Assembly: GCA_038064515.1 (NCBI GenBank)
Contig: JBBTSY010000005.1
Location: 50,093 to 114,092, forward strand
Direction of reading: 5' to 3'
Origin: Patescibacteria group bacterium
GTDB lineage: Bacteria > Patescibacteriota > Minisyncoccia > 2-02-FULL-40-12 > GWA2-44-9
DNA length: 64,000 nt
The notes below the pieces were generated by a model. The model had not been told where the DNA came from and searched no databases. It worked only from the letters and a program-made list of their open reading frames with translations. Position numbers and translations under genes: made by a program. Position 1 is the first letter of the stretch, and each line of letters starts with the position of its first letter. Positions 9,100 through 19,057 of this stretch are shown in pieces.

Positions 9100-9669
9100 T
9101 TAGAGTTCTTTGTGCACTTCCCGTCCATCTTTGTGGATCTTCATGTACTCGTTATGCATTTCCATGATGGTATCCTTTACCGCGCGCGGGTTTGGGATCT
9201 GCTTGAAGTGGAATCGTTCCTGCGTACCAGCTGTTTGAATGATGAGCTCGCCGAAATCAAAGAATGTCGGGATTGGCCCGCGTATTCGCACCGTGATATC
9301 TTGAATTTTCAAGAGATTTAATTCTGAAACCGTTCGTCGGAAAAATCCCTGCTGTTCACTATCAATAATTCGATGATCAGTTACGATCCAGGTATCGAGC
9401 AGATACATGGTAATGGTGTAAAATAAGCCGTACCACCACACCAGAACGTAAATTGAGACTAAGAACCAAAAGAGCTCCGTAAGTCCCAGGCCTTCCAGAT
9501 AACTTCCAACAACTATGTAAAGTATGCCCGGCAGGGATGCAAAAAATAAAAACGCGATAAGTTTTTCGACGAGTATAAACCAGTGCCGATAAAGCAGTAG
9601 TTTTACGTTCTCATAGGAGTGCTTGCCTTCGAACGTATTTTCAGTCGTCAGAAGATATTCAAGTTTCAT
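9100..9669 (-). CDS. Membrane protein with bacterial PH (bPH_2-like) domain
   Basis: RHWF, two TM helices, WIVTDHRIID.EQ.GFF, IQDITV, FGELIIQTAG, IPNP. Confidence 0.8.
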   Translation of the reverse strand: MKLEYLLTTENTFEGKHSYENVKLLLYRHWFILVEKLIAFLFFASLPGILYIVVGSYLEGLGLTELFWFLVSIYVLVWWYGLFYTITMYLLDTWIVTDHRIIDSEQQGFFRRTVSELNLLKIQDITVRIRGPIPTFFDFGELIIQTAGTQERFHFKQIPNPRAVKDTIMEMHNEYMKIHKDGREVHKEL

Positions 9670-9953
9670 AGTTTGATGCGCACAGTAGGTAGTTCCAAGG
9701 GTCGTATGTACTCTCCATTAAACCGTTCAAGAGATTTTGAAAGATTTACCTGTGTATATGAGGCAAAGGTAGTGATAAAGAGCACGACGGAACCCAGGAA
9801 AAATGTCAGCGCAAGAATTTTGGGCGCAATGCCAATACCAAACCGAATCAGGTGATACAAAATAAAAAACGCCTGCGTCCAGTAGACGAGCAATAAAAAT
9901 ACCGCGAAGACAGTTGAGAATGGGATATTTCCGAAGAGAGCAACGGTAGCCAT
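9666..9953 (-). CDS. Small 2-TM membrane protein
   Basis: Two hydrophobic helices around ILYHLIRFGIG. ATGA-coupled to the next gene. TACAAT 6 nt upstream of ATG. Confidence 0.65.
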   Translation of the reverse strand: MATVALFGNIPFSTVFAVFLLLVYWTQAFFILYHLIRFGIGIAPKILALTFFLGSVVLFITTFASYTQVNLSKSLERFNGEYIRPLELPTVRIKL

Positions 9954-9981
9954 GTATTTATTGTACTCTATTTTTTCTCAA

Positions 9982-10007
9982 CAAAAAACACCTATCGGTG
10001 TTTTTTG
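9982..10007. terminator. Intrinsic terminator closing the 16S transcription unit
   Basis: CAAAAAACACC-TATC-GGTGTTTTTTG perfect hairpin with A/T tails. Confidence 0.75.
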
Positions 10008-10242
10008 CCCACATGCGGCTTGCTAGCCGCAGTACTTCAGCACCTTCGTGCTTCAGTTGCAAATCTTGTACAGTTAACCAGGTATTGGTGTATTTTTAGT
10101 CGGAGGCGATTCTTGAGCGGCTTTCGCACGCTCATGAAACTTCGCCTGGAACACCATACGACTTCCGATTTAGGCTTCGGATCAGCCTGGCTGACAAGTC
10201 ACTTGTGGTGAGCCTGCCGAACCAATCGACATCATTTTGTTG

Positions 10243-10310
10243 ACCCTGTAGTGAATTTTCAACTTGCTTTCGCATTGGCCTTTAGGCCGGTTGAAAATCT
10301 ACTACGGGGT
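10243..10310. repeat. 68-bp palindromic/MITE-like element in the 16S 3' trailer
   Basis: 21-nt terminal inverted repeats with 18/21 match: ACCCTGTAGTGAATTTTCAAC / GTTGAAAATCTACTACGGGGT. Confidence 0.5.
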
Positions 10311-11138
10311 GAAGGATAGAGGTTGGATGTGAAAAATTAGAAAATAATTCTTCCCACCTTTCGCCTCAAACTTCTAACCTTTCAGGATTTTTTCGAAATT
10401 CGAAAAAATAGAAAGGAGGTGATCCAAGAGCAGCTTCCGCTACCCTTGCCTTGTTACGACTTAGTCTTTGTCATCGAGCCTACCTTGTCCCCACATAAAA
10501 ATATGGATCTTCGGGTATTCCCGACTCCCCTGACTTGACGGGCAGTGAGTGCAAAACTCGAGAACGTATTCACCGCAGCATTCTGATCTGCGATTACTAG
10601 CGATTCCAGCTTCAAAGAGGCAAGTTGCAGCCTCTTATCCGAACTAGGGATGCCTTTGATGGGATTAGCTCCACCTCGCGGTTTGGCAACCCATTGTAAC
10701 ATCCATTGTATCATGCGTGTAGCCCAGGGCATCAGAGGGCCACGCTGACTTGACGTCATCCCCGCCTTCCTCTGCGTTACCGCAGCAGTCTCGCGTGACA
10801 TATTTAACACACGATAGGGGTTGCGCTCGTTAATCCACTTAAGGAAACCTCTCACGAGACGAGCTGACGACAGCCGTGCAGCACCTGTCCTAGTGCCTTG
10901 CGGGGGCCAAAGTTTCCTAAGGCTTACACTAGAATTTCAAGCCCTGGTGAGGTTCCTCGGTTAGAGTCGAATTGAACCGCATGATCCACCGCTTGTGCGA
11001 ATTCCCGCCTATTTGTTTGAGTTTTAATCTTGCGATCGTACTTCCCAGGCGACACACTTAACGCGTTAGCTTCGCCACTGGAAGGGTCGATGCTCCCAAT
11101 AGCTAGTGTGCATAGTTTAGGGCGTGGACTACAAGGGT

Positions 11139-12133
11139 CATCTTGTATTAACTGCTATCTTCATTTCGAAGATTTTCCGTGTTACCACGGAGATCGGACT
11201 ATATCATTCTCTGAAGATTTTCCACTTTTTCTTCTTCTCTTGAACATATCTCTCAACGATCAGTTGAGAAAATCCGGTCAGAGAGCTTACTTCAGAGATC
11301 CAGCGTTGTTGTAATTCAGCATTTTTGTAAAGCAGGAGGACTTTGGGCAACATTGATGCCACCGCGATGTGAGGCAGGATGATGCGAAGAAGCTTTTGAA
11401 GCTCCTCGCTCGATCTTAGCCACAATCGGTAGTATTCGATCCGACGCCCTTCATGTACGCGAGAGGTTTTTGCAATGTGCACATGCACATCCCATACCAC
11501 ACGCAGGTACTTCTGGAGAAGTTTTTGTTCCTCCAAAGTAAAGGGGTCCGTACAGAATACTCCACGACGACTGTTCACGATAAGCGAACCGTCATCGAGC
11601 CACCAAACCGCAAGCGAGAGTGGCGTCAACTGATTGAGCCACTTCCGCCTGATCCGCAGTCGACCACCTTCGTGGGTGAGTCGATAGAGTTCCGTGAGCG
11701 GTTCAGTTGCCAGGCTTTGATACCTCAACTTCTCTCCTCCATAACCATCGGCTTTTTGAAGCCAGTGATCTGATTTCCCAGAAATTTCCTTCAACTGATC
11801 GGCTTTCCAAAAGAAATACTCCTTTTGATGAACCGAGTGCCGAAACGAAAATCTGGCATTCTTGTAGGGTTGATAGAGCTTTAATGAGCCGTCTCCCAAC
11901 ACAGAACCAAGAATGAGTGCTTTACATTGATCCGACAAAAATGATTTGGTCATTTTCTATCTTCTAAATTTACATAGTCTCTACGGGGTCCTCGATGTTA
12001 CCATCGGGACTTCCCTCGGGATTCCCCTTCAGAAAAGAAGGGCTTCCCCGATACAGCTAGATGCGCACCTCGATATCGCTATCGAGGGGGACACCGTTTA
12101 GTCCGCGATACATTCGTATCGGGACAAGGATTT
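11139..12133 (-). mobile_element. Group I self-splicing intron in 16S rRNA (insertion after U793, E. coli numbering)
   Basis: Splits GGATTAGAT|ACCC. 5' exon ends in U and intron ends in G. R element CGTAGAGACTA (~11975-11985) and S element ATGATATAGTCC (~11196-11207) form P7 GACUA/UAGUC. Confidence 0.9.
11204..11953 (-). CDS. Intron-encoded double-motif LAGLIDADG homing endonuclease
   Basis: ILGSVLGDGSL and LAVWWLDDGSL motifs. Lies between the R and S elements (P8 loop). Confidence 0.92.
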   Translation of the reverse strand: MTKSFLSDQCKALILGSVLGDGSLKLYQPYKNARFSFRHSVHQKEYFFWKADQLKEISGKSDHWLQKADGYGGEKLRYQSLATEPLTELYRLTHEGGRLRIRRKWLNQLTPLSLAVWWLDDGSLIVNSRRGVFCTDPFTLEEQKLLQKYLRVVWDVHVHIAKTSRVHEGRRIEYYRLWLRSSEELQKLLRIILPHIAVASMLPKVLLLYKNAELQQRWISEVSSLTGFSQLIVERYVQEKKKKWKIFRE

Positions 12134-12349
12134 ATCTAATCCTTTTTGATCCCCACGCTTTCGTGATTGACCGTCAGTTGAGCACTAGCAAGCTGCCTTC
12201 GCTTTTGGTGTTCCGTGCAATATCAATGGATTTCACCCCTACACTGCACGTTCCGCTTGCCTCTTACCCACTCTAGTCGTGCCGTTTCCAACGCGGTCCC
12301 GAAGTTAAGCCTCGGGATTTAACATCAGACTAGCACAACCGGATGCTCA

Positions 12350-12382
<33 letters not shown>

Positions 12383-13069
12383 GGGTCTCTGTATTACCGC
12401 TGCTGCTGGCACAGAGTTAGCAACCCCTTATTCTCGTGGTACCGTCAAAATTCGTCCCACGCAAAAGCGGTTTACGACCCGAAGGCCTTCTTCCCGCACG
12501 CGGCGTCGCTCCATCAGGCTTTCGCCCATTGTGGAATATTCTCGACTGCTGCCACCCGTAGGTGTACGAACCGTGTCTCAGTTTCGTCGTTGAGGGTCGT
12601 GCTCTCACACCCCCTACCCGTCATAGCCTTGGTGGGCTTTTACCCCGCCAACAAGCTGATAGGACCTAGGCCACTCCCAAAGCGGCTTGCGCCTTTAATC
12701 TTACGATACCATCGGGAATTAGCGGAACTTTCGCCCCGTTGTGCCCGACTCTGGGTTATGTACCAAGGTGTTACTAACTCGTTCGCCACTAGCTCGCCTC
12801 CTTGCGGAGGCGGCCCGTTCGACTTGCATGCCTTATCCACGCCGCCAGCGTTCATCCTGAGCCACAATCAAACTCTCTTAAAGAATACTGGTTAACTGTA
12901 CAAGATTGACAACGAACTGTTGCATCTATCGGAACACGCTAGAATTCGCATGGTAGGGCGTCCAGACAATAACACAACCACGATTAGCTCCATTGAGAAC
13001 CAATCGTGGTTGCACTACCAGCACTACCTTGTAAACATGTTAGTTTCCTACATCCATAGTGTACTGTCT

Positions 13070-13097
13070 ATTATAATCCCACGGGGATGAATGTCAA
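13070..13097 (-). promoter_or_regulatory. Consensus sigma70 promoter of the 16S gene
   Basis: TTGACA (13097-13092), N16, TATAAT (13075-13070). Confidence 0.85.
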
Positions 13098-13103
13098 TAC
13101 CCT

Positions 13104-13763
13104 CTATCTGTGCGTATCCCGCCAAGCCTTGATTTTCGTGTGATCACCCGAAAGAAGCACTTTTGGCACTTGCCACTTCTTCCCTTTCTTGGGCTCAAAT
13201 ACTTCGGGTTTCGTGTATTGTGCGTGGTCGTCTTTTGAGGCCGAATCGGCGTCGTGCATAAATCCGGGAATAAGGCGGCTCACGGCTTCCATGATAACCA
13301 TTGCACCTACTTCTCCGCCATTAAGAACAAAGTCCCCCACGGACACCACTTCGTCGGCGATATTATCCGCAACCCGTTCATCAACGCCTTCGTATCGCCC
13401 GCAGATGAAAATCAGTTGATCAAGCTTTGAAAACTTTTTCGCCATTGCCTGATCGAACTTTTCACCGCGCGGCGAAAGTAAAATCACCTTTGATTTGCTT
13501 TTTTTGCCTTGTCTCTTGTCACTTATCTCTTGTCTCTTTTTTAAAGCCATTACAGCTTTAAAGATCGGTTCCACTTTCATTACCAACCCCGGTCCGCCGC
13601 CGTACGGACGGTCATCAACGGTCTTATGGTTATCGGTCGTCCATTTCCGCAACTGGTAAGCTTTGACGGAGATTAGCTTCTTCTTTATCGCGCGCGCGAT
13701 TAACGACTGGTTCGTAAAGTCGTTGAACAGTTCAGGAAAAATAGTAATGATATCAAATTTCAT
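13104..13763 (-). CDS. trmD: tRNA (guanine-N1)-methyltransferase
   Basis: FDIITIFPE, VDDRPYGGGPG, LLSPRG, CGRYEGVDER, SVGDFVLNGGE, QYTKP, VPKVLLSGDH. Confidence 0.96.
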   Translation of the reverse strand: MKFDIITIFPELFNDFTNQSLIARAIKKKLISVKAYQLRKWTTDNHKTVDDRPYGGGPGLVMKVEPIFKAVMALKKRQEISDKRQGKKSKSKVILLSPRGEKFDQAMAKKFSKLDQLIFICGRYEGVDERVADNIADEVVSVGDFVLNGGEVGAMVIMEAVSRLIPGFMHDADSASKDDHAQYTKPEVFEPKKGKKWQVPKVLLSGDHTKIKAWRDTHR

Positions 13764-13786
13764 TGGATGCTTACTATACCATGAAA

Positions 13787-13815
13787 ACAAAAAACCGCCA
13801 TAAGCGGATTTTTGT
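13787..13815 (-). terminator. Intrinsic terminator after khpA
   Basis: ACAAAAAACCGC-CATAA-GCGGATTTTTGT hairpin. Confidence 0.6.
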
Positions 13816-13827
13816 TATGACTGTCAT

Positions 13828-14139
13828 TTACATTCCGAGTTCACTGATAATATCTTCGGGATCGGAGAGCTTATTCTGTCCTGACATCTTGCCGCCCTCC
13901 GGCTCTTCAATACGCAGATTTACTCGAGCGTTGTTGCGCATGCCGACAATTCGAGCAAGAATTCGAATCGCTTTAGCCGTAGAACCGCTCCGGCCGATGA
14001 GAAGCCCCATGTCTTTAGGATCGACTTTGACGGAAAGCAGGACGCCGAGCTCATCCACGGTACGCACTACTTGAACGGCATCGGGATTATTTACAATAGC
14101 TTTAATAATATACTCTACAAACTGTTGATCATGTTCCAT
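13828..14139 (-). CDS. khpA: KH-domain RNA-binding protein KhpA (UPF0109)
   Basis: FVEYIIKAIVNNPDAV, DMGLLIGRSGSTAKAIR KH motif. Lies upstream of trmD. Confidence 0.88.
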   Translation of the reverse strand: MEHDQQFVEYIIKAIVNNPDAVQVVRTVDELGVLLSVKVDPKDMGLLIGRSGSTAKAIRILARIVGMRNNARVNLRIEEPEGGKMSGQNKLSDPEDIISELGM

Positions 14140-14359
14140 ATATTCAGGGTGCTGCACTATGACTATCGTTCAGCGAAATGCGGCGACGATACTCACCAAA
14201 CAGCATATTCATTACATTCGCGCTGATGCGCTCAGTATTTCCTCACCTTCGCTCGTCAACAACTATCTTTACTCTATCTTGGATGACCGGGAACGTCAAA
14301 CCCTGTAGTAGAAGTTCCAAATACAACTTTGTTGTATGGCAGAGCCATTGGAACTTTCA

Positions 14360-16696
14360 CTACGGGGAAACGACTATACTTATCATTCTACGCGGAATAA
14401 TGAGGAATTTCTGAACCTCTTTTCCATCGATAGCTTTTTGCACTTTTTCCGAAGCTAAGGCTAAGCTTTTTATTTCATCTTCAGTCGCATCAGAGGAAAC
14501 AGCAATGGTATCTCGCAGTTTTCCATTCACTTGAACTGGCATCTGATATTCGTCCTCGACAAGAAGCGATCCATCGAAATCCGGCCATGGCTGGAGGTGG
14601 ATAGAATCTTCGTGTCCCAGCGAATGCCATAATTCTTCCGAGATATGCGGAGCAAGCGGAGCAAGTATTTTAACGAACGATTCGAAATCTTCCCTGCCAA
14701 TTCCAGATTCGATTTCATTGAGCGCTTTCATGAGTTCGCTTACGGCCGTGTTGAGCCGCAGATCATTCAGATCCTCGCCTACTTTTTTGATCGCGTGATG
14801 TACTGCTTTCTTCGCTGATGGCGCATCTTGAAAATCCTGTTCGCTCAGCTTCCAGACGCGGTTTAAAAATCGGTGCACGCCATTGATGCCTTTGGGATCG
14901 CACGGACCCCCCTGCTCGTAGGGAGCCATGAATGCCAAATACATGCGGACCGTATCAGTGCCATAAAAATTCACCTGCTCGTCAGGATCAACGACGTTTC
15001 CCCGTGACTTAGACATCTTTTGGCTGTCAGGACCAAGAATGATGCCGTGATTGCGACGAGAGAGAAAGGGTTCATTGAATGAAATATGCCCGAGATCCTT
15101 TAATGCTTTCGTAAAAAATCGCGAATAAAGCAAATGCATCGTATTGTGCTCTGCTCCTCCGACATACATCGGCACCGGAAGCCATGCATCCATTTTTTTC
15201 TTCGATGCAAATTCTTCAGAGTTCTGAGGGTCTGCGTAGCGCATGAAGTACCATGAAGAGTCGACGAAGGTATCCATCGTATCGGTTTCGCGCTCGGCAT
15301 CATTGCCGCATTTTGGACATTTTACCCGCACCCACTCTTCTGCCTTCGCCAAAGGAGAACGCCCGTCATCGGCGGGCTTAAAATCATCCAAGTGCGGAAG
15401 CTCTACGGGCAATTCCTTTTCTCCTACCGGCTGATAGCCCTGCCGGCCGGGCAGGCGGGCGCACGCATCGCAATGAATCATCGGAATCGGTACGCCCCAG
15501 TATCGCTGACGTGAAAGCACCCAATCGCGGAGGCGGTAATTGGTCTTTGCCTCCCCTACTCCTTTTCCCTGAAGCATCGCAATAACTTCTTTCGCATCAT
15601 GGAGCGACGCACCGCTAATAGGCAGTCTGAATTTGTCTGCGAATTCTTTATCGCGCTCATCATGCGCTGGTACTGCCATAATGGCCCCTGTGCCGTACGA
15701 GCCTACGACGTAATCGGCGATCCATACGGGAATTTCTTTTTCGGTTGCGGGGTTAATAGCAACGATACCCGCATCAACGCCGGTTTTTTCTTTTTGTTCG
15801 AGGCGCTCAAGCTCACGTTTCGTCAGCGCTTCGCTCACATACTTTTTCACCTTGTCATTTGCTTGCCACCCTACATCGAGCCATTTTTTGGCAAGCTCGG
15901 GCGAAATAACAATAAAGGTTGCTCCGTAAATAGTATCGAGACGCGTCGTAAATACTTCAACGAAGTGCTTTTCATCATCCTGGCCAGGGATATTTGCAAG
16001 TTTGAATTTAATTAATGCGCCCTGCGAGCGGCCTATCCAATTTTTCTGCGCAAGTTTTGTTGTCTCCGGCCAATCCAATCCTTCCAAATCATCGATGAGC
16101 CGATCGGCATATTCAGTAATCTTAAACATCCACTGCTCAATTTCCCGTTGCTCAACGGGCGAACCATCCCGTTCGCACTTCCCATCGATCACCTGTTCAT
16201 TGGCTAAAACGGTTTTGTCCGTCGGGCACCAGTTCACTTTTGTCTTTGCGCGATATGCCAAGCCTTTTTTATAAAACTCCAAGAACATCCATTGCGTCCA
16301 GCGATAATAATCAGGGTCAATCGTAGAAACTTGCCGAGACCAATCAAATGAAGCGCCCATACTCCTCAACTGCTTCGTCATATATTCGATATTACCCTCG
16401 GTCCACTCTCTCGGACTGACATTGTTCTTGATTGCTGCATTCTCTGCAGGCAGTCCGAACGCATCAAAACCAATCGGGTACATGACGTTGTACCCTTTCA
16501 TGCGCAGATAGCGCGCCCGCATATCGGGCAATGCAAAGGCGTACCAATGGCCAATATGCAAATTGCCCGATGGATACGGAAATTCGGTAAGGAGCATGTA
16601 ATTTTCTCCTTTGCCGAAATCAGGAGTTTTGTAGAGCTCTTGCTTCTCCCACTCCTTTTGCCACTTGGATTCAATTTTTGAAGGATTATATTTCAT
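14360..16696 (-). CDS. leuS: Leucine--tRNA ligase
   Basis: FPYPSGNLHIGH, GFDAFGLPAENAA, SRQRYWG, TDTMDTFVDSSWY, KMSKS. Confidence 0.97.
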   Translation of the reverse strand: MKYNPSKIESKWQKEWEKQELYKTPDFGKGENYMLLTEFPYPSGNLHIGHWYAFALPDMRARYLRMKGYNVMYPIGFDAFGLPAENAAIKNNVSPREWTEGNIEYMTKQLRSMGASFDWSRQVSTIDPDYYRWTQWMFLEFYKKGLAYRAKTKVNWCPTDKTVLANEQVIDGKCERDGSPVEQREIEQWMFKITEYADRLIDDLEGLDWPETTKLAQKNWIGRSQGALIKFKLANIPGQDDEKHFVEVFTTRLDTIYGATFIVISPELAKKWLDVGWQANDKVKKYVSEALTKRELERLEQKEKTGVDAGIVAINPATEKEIPVWIADYVVGSYGTGAIMAVPAHDERDKEFADKFRLPISGASLHDAKEVIAMLQGKGVGEAKTNYRLRDWVLSRQRYWGVPIPMIHCDACARLPGRQGYQPVGEKELPVELPHLDDFKPADDGRSPLAKAEEWVRVKCPKCGNDAERETDTMDTFVDSSWYFMRYADPQNSEEFASKKKMDAWLPVPMYVGGAEHNTMHLLYSRFFTKALKDLGHISFNEPFLSRRNHGIILGPDSQKMSKSRGNVVDPDEQVNFYGTDTVRMYLAFMAPYEQGGPCDPKGINGVHRFLNRVWKLSEQDFQDAPSAKKAVHHAIKKVGEDLNDLRLNTAVSELMKALNEIESGIGREDFESFVKILAPLAPHISEELWHSLGHEDSIHLQPWPDFDGSLLVEDEYQMPVQVNGKLRDTIAVSSDATEDEIKSLALASEKVQKAIDGKEVQKFLIIPRRMISIVVSP

Positions 16697-16833
16697 TTTT
16701 CAAAACAAACGATTTTTCAGATCTTCAACTAATACATCGGGTTTCTTGGGATGCTATATTTTCCGCCAAAGACGGATCAGCCTTCGGCTGACATACAGCT
16801 GTTCCCCTACTATATATAATGTAGGATTAAAAA

Positions 16834-16866
16834 TCAAAAAATCCGCAGGAGAAGCGGATTTTTTGA
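16834..16866. terminator. Intrinsic terminator
   Basis: TCAAAAAATCCGC...GCGGATTTTTTGA hairpin. Confidence 0.75.
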
Positions 16867-16885
16867 GTTTTCTTAATATGAACTG

Positions 16886-17320
16886 CTATTGTGCTGACGG
16901 CTGCGGAGTGTTGCCGATGTTGATGGGGGCAACTTCTATAATCTTATGAGCAACCGGATCATAGAGAATTGCCTTCTTTGCATTGGTATAAATAAGCACC
17001 TTATCTCCGTTCTTCGCATTTACGAAGAACGGTTGGTCCTTCAGTTTTTCCAAATCAGAAACCGTAGCAATGGTCGGCGTTTCTCCTTCGGGCAAAAGCA
17101 TGAGTTTCCCGACCGATGCCACCAGCTCACTGCTTTCATTCTCGAGGGATGCTGGCGGAGCTTTAAGCCCCTGCCATTGCGCATAAAAATAAACTGCGCC
17201 AGCCAGCGAAATTGCGACCGCTAAGCTCAGAACCGCGACTATCCGATTAGCGGCAAAGAGAGATGCGGTCTGCCGCGAACGATTTTTGAGCTCACTAATG
17301 ATTTCTGAGAAGGTCATCAT
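16886..17320 (-). CDS. Membrane-anchored hypothetical protein
   Basis: Single TM then LPEGETPTIATV...PFFVNAKNGDKVLIY...AILYDP domain. Function unknown. Confidence 0.75.
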   Translation of the reverse strand: MMTFSEIISELKNRSRQTASLFAANRIVAVLSLAVAISLAGAVYFYAQWQGLKAPPASLENESSELVASVGKLMLLPEGETPTIATVSDLEKLKDQPFFVNAKNGDKVLIYTNAKKAILYDPVAHKIIEVAPINIGNTPQPSAQ

Positions 17321-17368
17321 AGGTATGAAACAATAAAAAAGCCGTTAAGACAAGTGTCTCTGTTGATA

Positions 17369-17992
17369 CTAGAAAAACTTGAGTGTTAAAAGCATATTGT
17401 CAAAAACTTCTATATCATTGCCGGGCACAGGAATAGTTAAGGGTCTTTCCTCCCAACGGAAAGCTAGATAATAGCTGTCATCATTAAAACTGACTTGCGG
17501 CCCCAAATATATAATGATCCGGCCAGTACTTTCACCGCCAGCCGAACCATAATCTATCAGATCATATTTTCTAAAAGTCTTGCCATCGATTTTAACGGTA
17601 GAATCTGGCGATCTTCTTTTATTCGTGGTGATTTGATATTTTAAATCGCTTGTTTCAAATAGATCTTTGGAAATTAAATCAAAATAAACCGGCGCATCAA
17701 CGCTAACCATATCGTAGTATTTGATTTTTTGCGGGCTAAAATAATGGCCGTTATTATGCCAATGAGCCGGATACCTAAATTCAAAACCACCGCCGATCAC
17801 CTCTTCTCCGTGAAGATTATTAAATACAAAGATTTTTATATCCCCCTCTGGACTAACACTAGGAGTCGACTGCAAAATATTAGCAGTAACTGACTGATTA
17901 TTTTCCGGTGATTCTTTTACAAAAACAAAATAACCGGTCGCAATAGTTGCCCCTAAAATAAGAAGGCCAATTTTTTGGAAAAATTTTGTCAT
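17369..17992 (-). CDS. Membrane-anchored hypothetical protein (PsbP-like FEFRYP.HW motif)
   Basis: N-terminal TM. GFEFRYPAHW and FDNMLLTLKF termini typical of PsbP-like surface domains (inference). Confidence 0.6.
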   Translation of the reverse strand: MTKFFQKIGLLILGATIATGYFVFVKESPENNQSVTANILQSTPSVSPEGDIKIFVFNNLHGEEVIGGGFEFRYPAHWHNNGHYFSPQKIKYYDMVSVDAPVYFDLISKDLFETSDLKYQITTNKRRSPDSTVKIDGKTFRKYDLIDYGSAGGESTGRIIIYLGPQVSFNDDSYYLAFRWEERPLTIPVPGNDIEVFDNMLLTLKFF

Positions 17993-19036
17993 TTACCTGA
18001 ATTTTACGCCGCCGCGGATCGTTATTTTACCTCTTACAACATGACCACTGGGCCAATAGGTAATGATGACAATGCCCTGTGCTCCCGGCGCATCACTACC
18101 AGCAGCAGTATCCTCACCGCCGCCACCGCCGCCACCGCCATAAAGACCCCCAGCGCCAGGATCGCCTGCATCAGCCGCGCCGCCGCCGCCACCGCCAGTA
18201 CCTACAGTAGTTGACCATTGGGTAGCTGTACCGCCAGCGCCGCCGGTTTCGGTGCTAAGATCGGTGCCCCCGCCACCTCCTCCACCGTCGGAACCGTTAC
18301 CGGCAGGCACTGTGCCACCACCGACACCGTTAGGACCGTTCCCACCGGCACCACCAGTGTCAGAACCAGGACCGTTGGCACCTGCAGTAGACTGAGCTCC
18401 TCCTGATCCCCCTCCGCCTCCGCCGCCATCAGAAGCAGCACCAGCAGGAGAACCGCCAGCTCCACCGACTCCGCCTGGACCTGCAGCGCCTCCTCCTCCT
18501 CCTCCTCCTCCATCTGTGCCGCCGGTACTGCTTCCGCCATTACCCCCAGCAAAAGTGATGTCTCCAACGCTATCTGCAGTTGACCCACCAGTACCGCCGG
18601 TATTCCCGCTTCCAGCTTTTCCTCCATCGGCAACAACGTTCGCACTCGTTGATGCAGCTGCGCCAAACCACGTATCTTCGCCTTTGACAGCGTCACCACC
18701 CCCTACACCGACATTAACATTAACACTACTCCCGCGAGTCAAACTAATATTCCTAACATAGGCGTACGCCCCTCCGCCGCCGCCGCCGCAACCATGGGTT
18801 CCACAGACGTCATTTCCTCCTCCGCCGCCGCCAATCGCTTCAATTACGTTGGCTTGACTGTTCCAATCACGAGGAACAGTCCACGTTGAAGCCCCTGTTA
18901 TTGTTATAAATACCTGTGTCTTAATTCCGGCTTGCGCTTCCTCAATATCATAAATACCATTGGGAAAAGGAAAGGCAAAAGTGATTACTAAAATAACCGT
19001 TATTATATTTTTAATTTTGATGATAAACTGGATCAT
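17993..19036 (-). CDS. Secreted glycine-rich protein
   Basis: Signal peptide, TWTVP, IEAIGGGGGG and GAQGIVIITY framing a Gly-rich polyglycine-type domain. Confidence 0.8.
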   Translation of the reverse strand: MIQFIIKIKNIITVILVITFAFPFPNGIYDIEEAQAGIKTQVFITITGASTWTVPRDWNSQANVIEAIGGGGGGNDVCGTHGCGGGGGGAYAYVRNISLTRGSSVNVNVGVGGGDAVKGEDTWFGAAASTSANVVADGGKAGSGNTGGTGGSTADSVGDITFAGGNGGSSTGGTDGGGGGGGGAAGPGGVGGAGGSPAGAASDGGGGGGGSGGAQSTAGANGPGSDTGGAGGNGPNGVGGGTVPAGNGSDGGGGGGGTDLSTETGGAGGTATQWSTTVGTGGGGGGAADAGDPGAGGLYGGGGGGGGEDTAAGSDAPGAQGIVIITYWPSGHVVRGKITIRGGVKFR

Positions 19037-19057
19037 TTTTAATAAAATTATAACACG

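Noticed and set aside
14140-14359. Missing rpsP or a regulatory RNA upstream of khpA
   Set aside because: No S16-like ORF is present, and the weak hairpins are not distinctive enough to call a leader RNA.
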